This document shows, piece after piece, positions 61,396 to 64,000 of a DNA stretch of 64,000 nt. Numbering within the stretch: position 1 is the stretch's first letter; the number at the start of each line of letters is the position of its first letter. The notes beneath the pieces are model-generated. The model saw nothing but the letters and a program-made list of their open reading frames with translations. It ran no database searches and was not told the origin of the DNA. The stretch is from Octopus sinensis (lineage: Eukaryota). Location: contig NC_042999.1 in the NCBI RefSeq assembly GCF_006345805.1, forward strand, positions 51,522,001-51,586,000, given 5' to 3'. Both the position numbers and the translations under genes were made by a program.

Positions 61396-64000
61396 CAATT
61401 ATATTAATTATGAATACAAATATGTAAATACAATGTAAATATGCAGCATCAATTTTAAAGAGGATGTATTATTTGCTGCGTGAAATTATAAGACAGTCAG
61501 TCCACAGTGGTCCCTTACTCTTTTTGCATCATGGATCGTTTTCGTGTCAGACAATTTTTCCTTAAGCCGGGAAATCACACGCATAACTTTACAAATCAAG
61601 TGTCTAATAATCTAATTTACTTATTACAGATATAATACATAAATTTTGCATGTATAATACAAATACATGCAATACAAATTGCCAAAACATACCGCAGACT
61701 GGTTGGGGTCCTTTGCATTTGCAGATAAATATTTAGATTCTAAATTCCATCGAATAAGTCAGGCAGTAATTCTTATTTATTCGAATAATTTTGGTATCAA
61801 CCCTGAAAATGTCAACGGAACACTAAAGTTGGAAACTTATTACGTGGCCAGAGGGATTGTTTCGACCGATTGAAAGGTGATATAAATTGAGTGGCCAGTG
61901 GTATGACTTGCTGGCATCGGTTGAGAGGTGGCATCGATTGGTTGATACATTGTATCGATTGATTGAGAGGTGGTGTTGCTGAACTGACAGGGATTGATTC
62001 CAAGGTGACAGAGATATCGCATAAAAGGAAAGTAAAAATAGCAATCTAGAAAGAGAAAACCGCCATCTTTACACCTTCCCCGCAGCTTTAAAATAATGGA
62101 CGAGCTAACGATTCAATGAGACTATCACAGCGATTTTTTGTTTCTTTTACTTGTTTCAGTAAATTAGGCTGCGGCCATGCTGGAGCATTGCCTTGGAATG
62201 TGAAAGGCTTGTAGTTAAAGGAAGAACACAGGATGGATTTTGAGAAAGTCATGACCTCCAAACGAATATGAAATATCTGAATTTGGAACGCTGAAGTGAG
62301 TGCTGGCTCAGTTGCGATCTTTGACTGCGATGTTGTATTTAATTAGTAGAAACTCCTAAAGATCTATTTAATCCTCAATTGTTACGAGGAGTCCATTACT
62401 TCTTTCATTGAAACATAAAAATGTTGAAAACAATGAAGAATACTTTAGACTCTTCCACGACAATGGCTCTGTATACCTCTATTGAACAACAGAAACGGAA
62501 TTAGCAGATGGTTTTATAATACTTCTATAGTTGTCATGAAATAAGAAATATAAATCGACTATTATAGTTATTTTTTTCAAACTTAATGTAACATAAATCA
62601 ATGACTGAACATTGATAAAGAACACGTTAATGGTATTGTTGAGTTCGATTGAAAGAAAGAGAGATTATAGAAAGTTGCGATTAAATAGAAAAATAAATAC
62701 ACACTTTCCAATTGTTTAAAAATATATTTATCTTGTTCCCAGATTCTAAAAAGAAAATAATTTTGAAATCTGACTGCTTTTTCAGTAAGACATCAGCAGG
62801 TTTCATATATATTGAAGATATATTTTGCCAATATATATATTTAGATGAAATAAATCGAGATATTGATAGATATTGACTTGAAAGTTATTAGTTTGAAATA
62901 AATATTTGCTGGAAATAAAGAAAAATCATAAATATTCCTTGTAAGTTGAGTCGATTCCTAGAATTCTCTTTAAAAGATTTAACGGGATTTTATTTTATTT
63001 GTTTCAATATTTTTAACAGCCATAGTCGTTAATCTCCCTCTTCTGCCTAATATGTATTGTTCTGTATTTATCTTCTCCAGAAAAATCACTAGTAATGTTC
63101 AATTCTTCTTTACTATCACAGTTTGTTAGGTTAACCTTTAAGAAACCTCATACTTCTTACAGTCTTCGATCAAATGCTCCGTCATTTCTCAACCCTTTTT
63201 CAATCAACTTCGTTCTCCTGTTTGTACAATTACCATAACATCCTTTACTTGTTTCAAACTGTAAAATCATTTCCTGTCAAAACTATTAACTTCCGGTCTC
63301 TCATCATTAACTAAAGCGTCTCAATCATAAAACTTCTCTGAATCATTTATTGACCAACGAATGATGAAAGGTAAAGTCGACCTATGCAAGATTTGAACCT
63401 AGAATATAAAGTTTAGTAAACTAAATACTGCAAGATTATAGGTTAGATACTCTTCTGATTCTACCCATGCTGTTGTTCTACCAATCTTACCAGTCACCAC
63501 CTTCATGTTGCACTGATTCCACCACTTAATCCACCGATATTATACCAATCCATAGTTCTGTTCTTATAACATTTAAAGAAATCAACTTCAGAGATATTTA
63601 ATTGGTGAGTATTAAAAGTAAACGAGAGACGAAGCGTTTATAAAATCAGTCATCATGTGAATCTCTAAAATAGTCTGAAATATATTCGCAAGTGTTTTAC
63701 TTTTCATCTGACATTGATTGTATAACGTAAGACTTTACACTCCGGTCTCCTATAATAAGATAAAATTCTATCATGTCATGAAGAATAAATTCCATTGGGA
63801 AAGAGTCATTTTAGCCATTCTTATATTCGCTTTTCATTTATTTTGTGAATGTCTTATCGAAACTCCAAGCCTTTGGGCTCCACCCTCCACTTCTCTCCCA
63901 TCACTTGGATTCATAACTTCTTATCAGATTGCACTACTACTGCAGGGACTGACAGAGCTCTTTCAACCTTTCAAACAAATTCGATGTGTCACAAGATAAA

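Noticed and set aside
61860-62020. Recurrent GATTGAGAGGTG-like motif
   Set aside because: Irregular spacing and low identity; likely an eroded minisatellite.

Overview
AT-rich, microsatellite-dense eukaryotic DNA. The SINE families and (TA)n/(TACA)n load look like an octopus (coleoid cephalopod) genome; this is recognition from memory, not a database result. There is one intact host gene, on the minus strand at 58259-60673: a single coding exon for an LRR-Ig-transmembrane receptor of the Kekkon/LRRC24 type with a C-terminal PDZ-binding motif. The rest is a transposon graveyard: several tRNA-derived SINE families; CR1-, RTE- and R4/Dong-type LINE fragments; Penelope-like element (PLE) fragments; near full-length Tc1 (with an intron), mariner and hAT elements with intact TIRs/TSDs; and piggyBac-, Merlin- and Helitron-type MITEs. 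The most striking structure is a perfect spacer-less 362-bp palindrome (30792-31153) whose two arms each carry a complete type I hammerhead ribozyme fold, so both strands encode one. Around it are ~210-bp hammerhead-like cassettes set in (TA)n tracts and several other PLE-like termini that end in fold-backs. Most ORFs in the supplied track are microsatellite or repeat artefacts. TE boundaries without a TSD are approximate.
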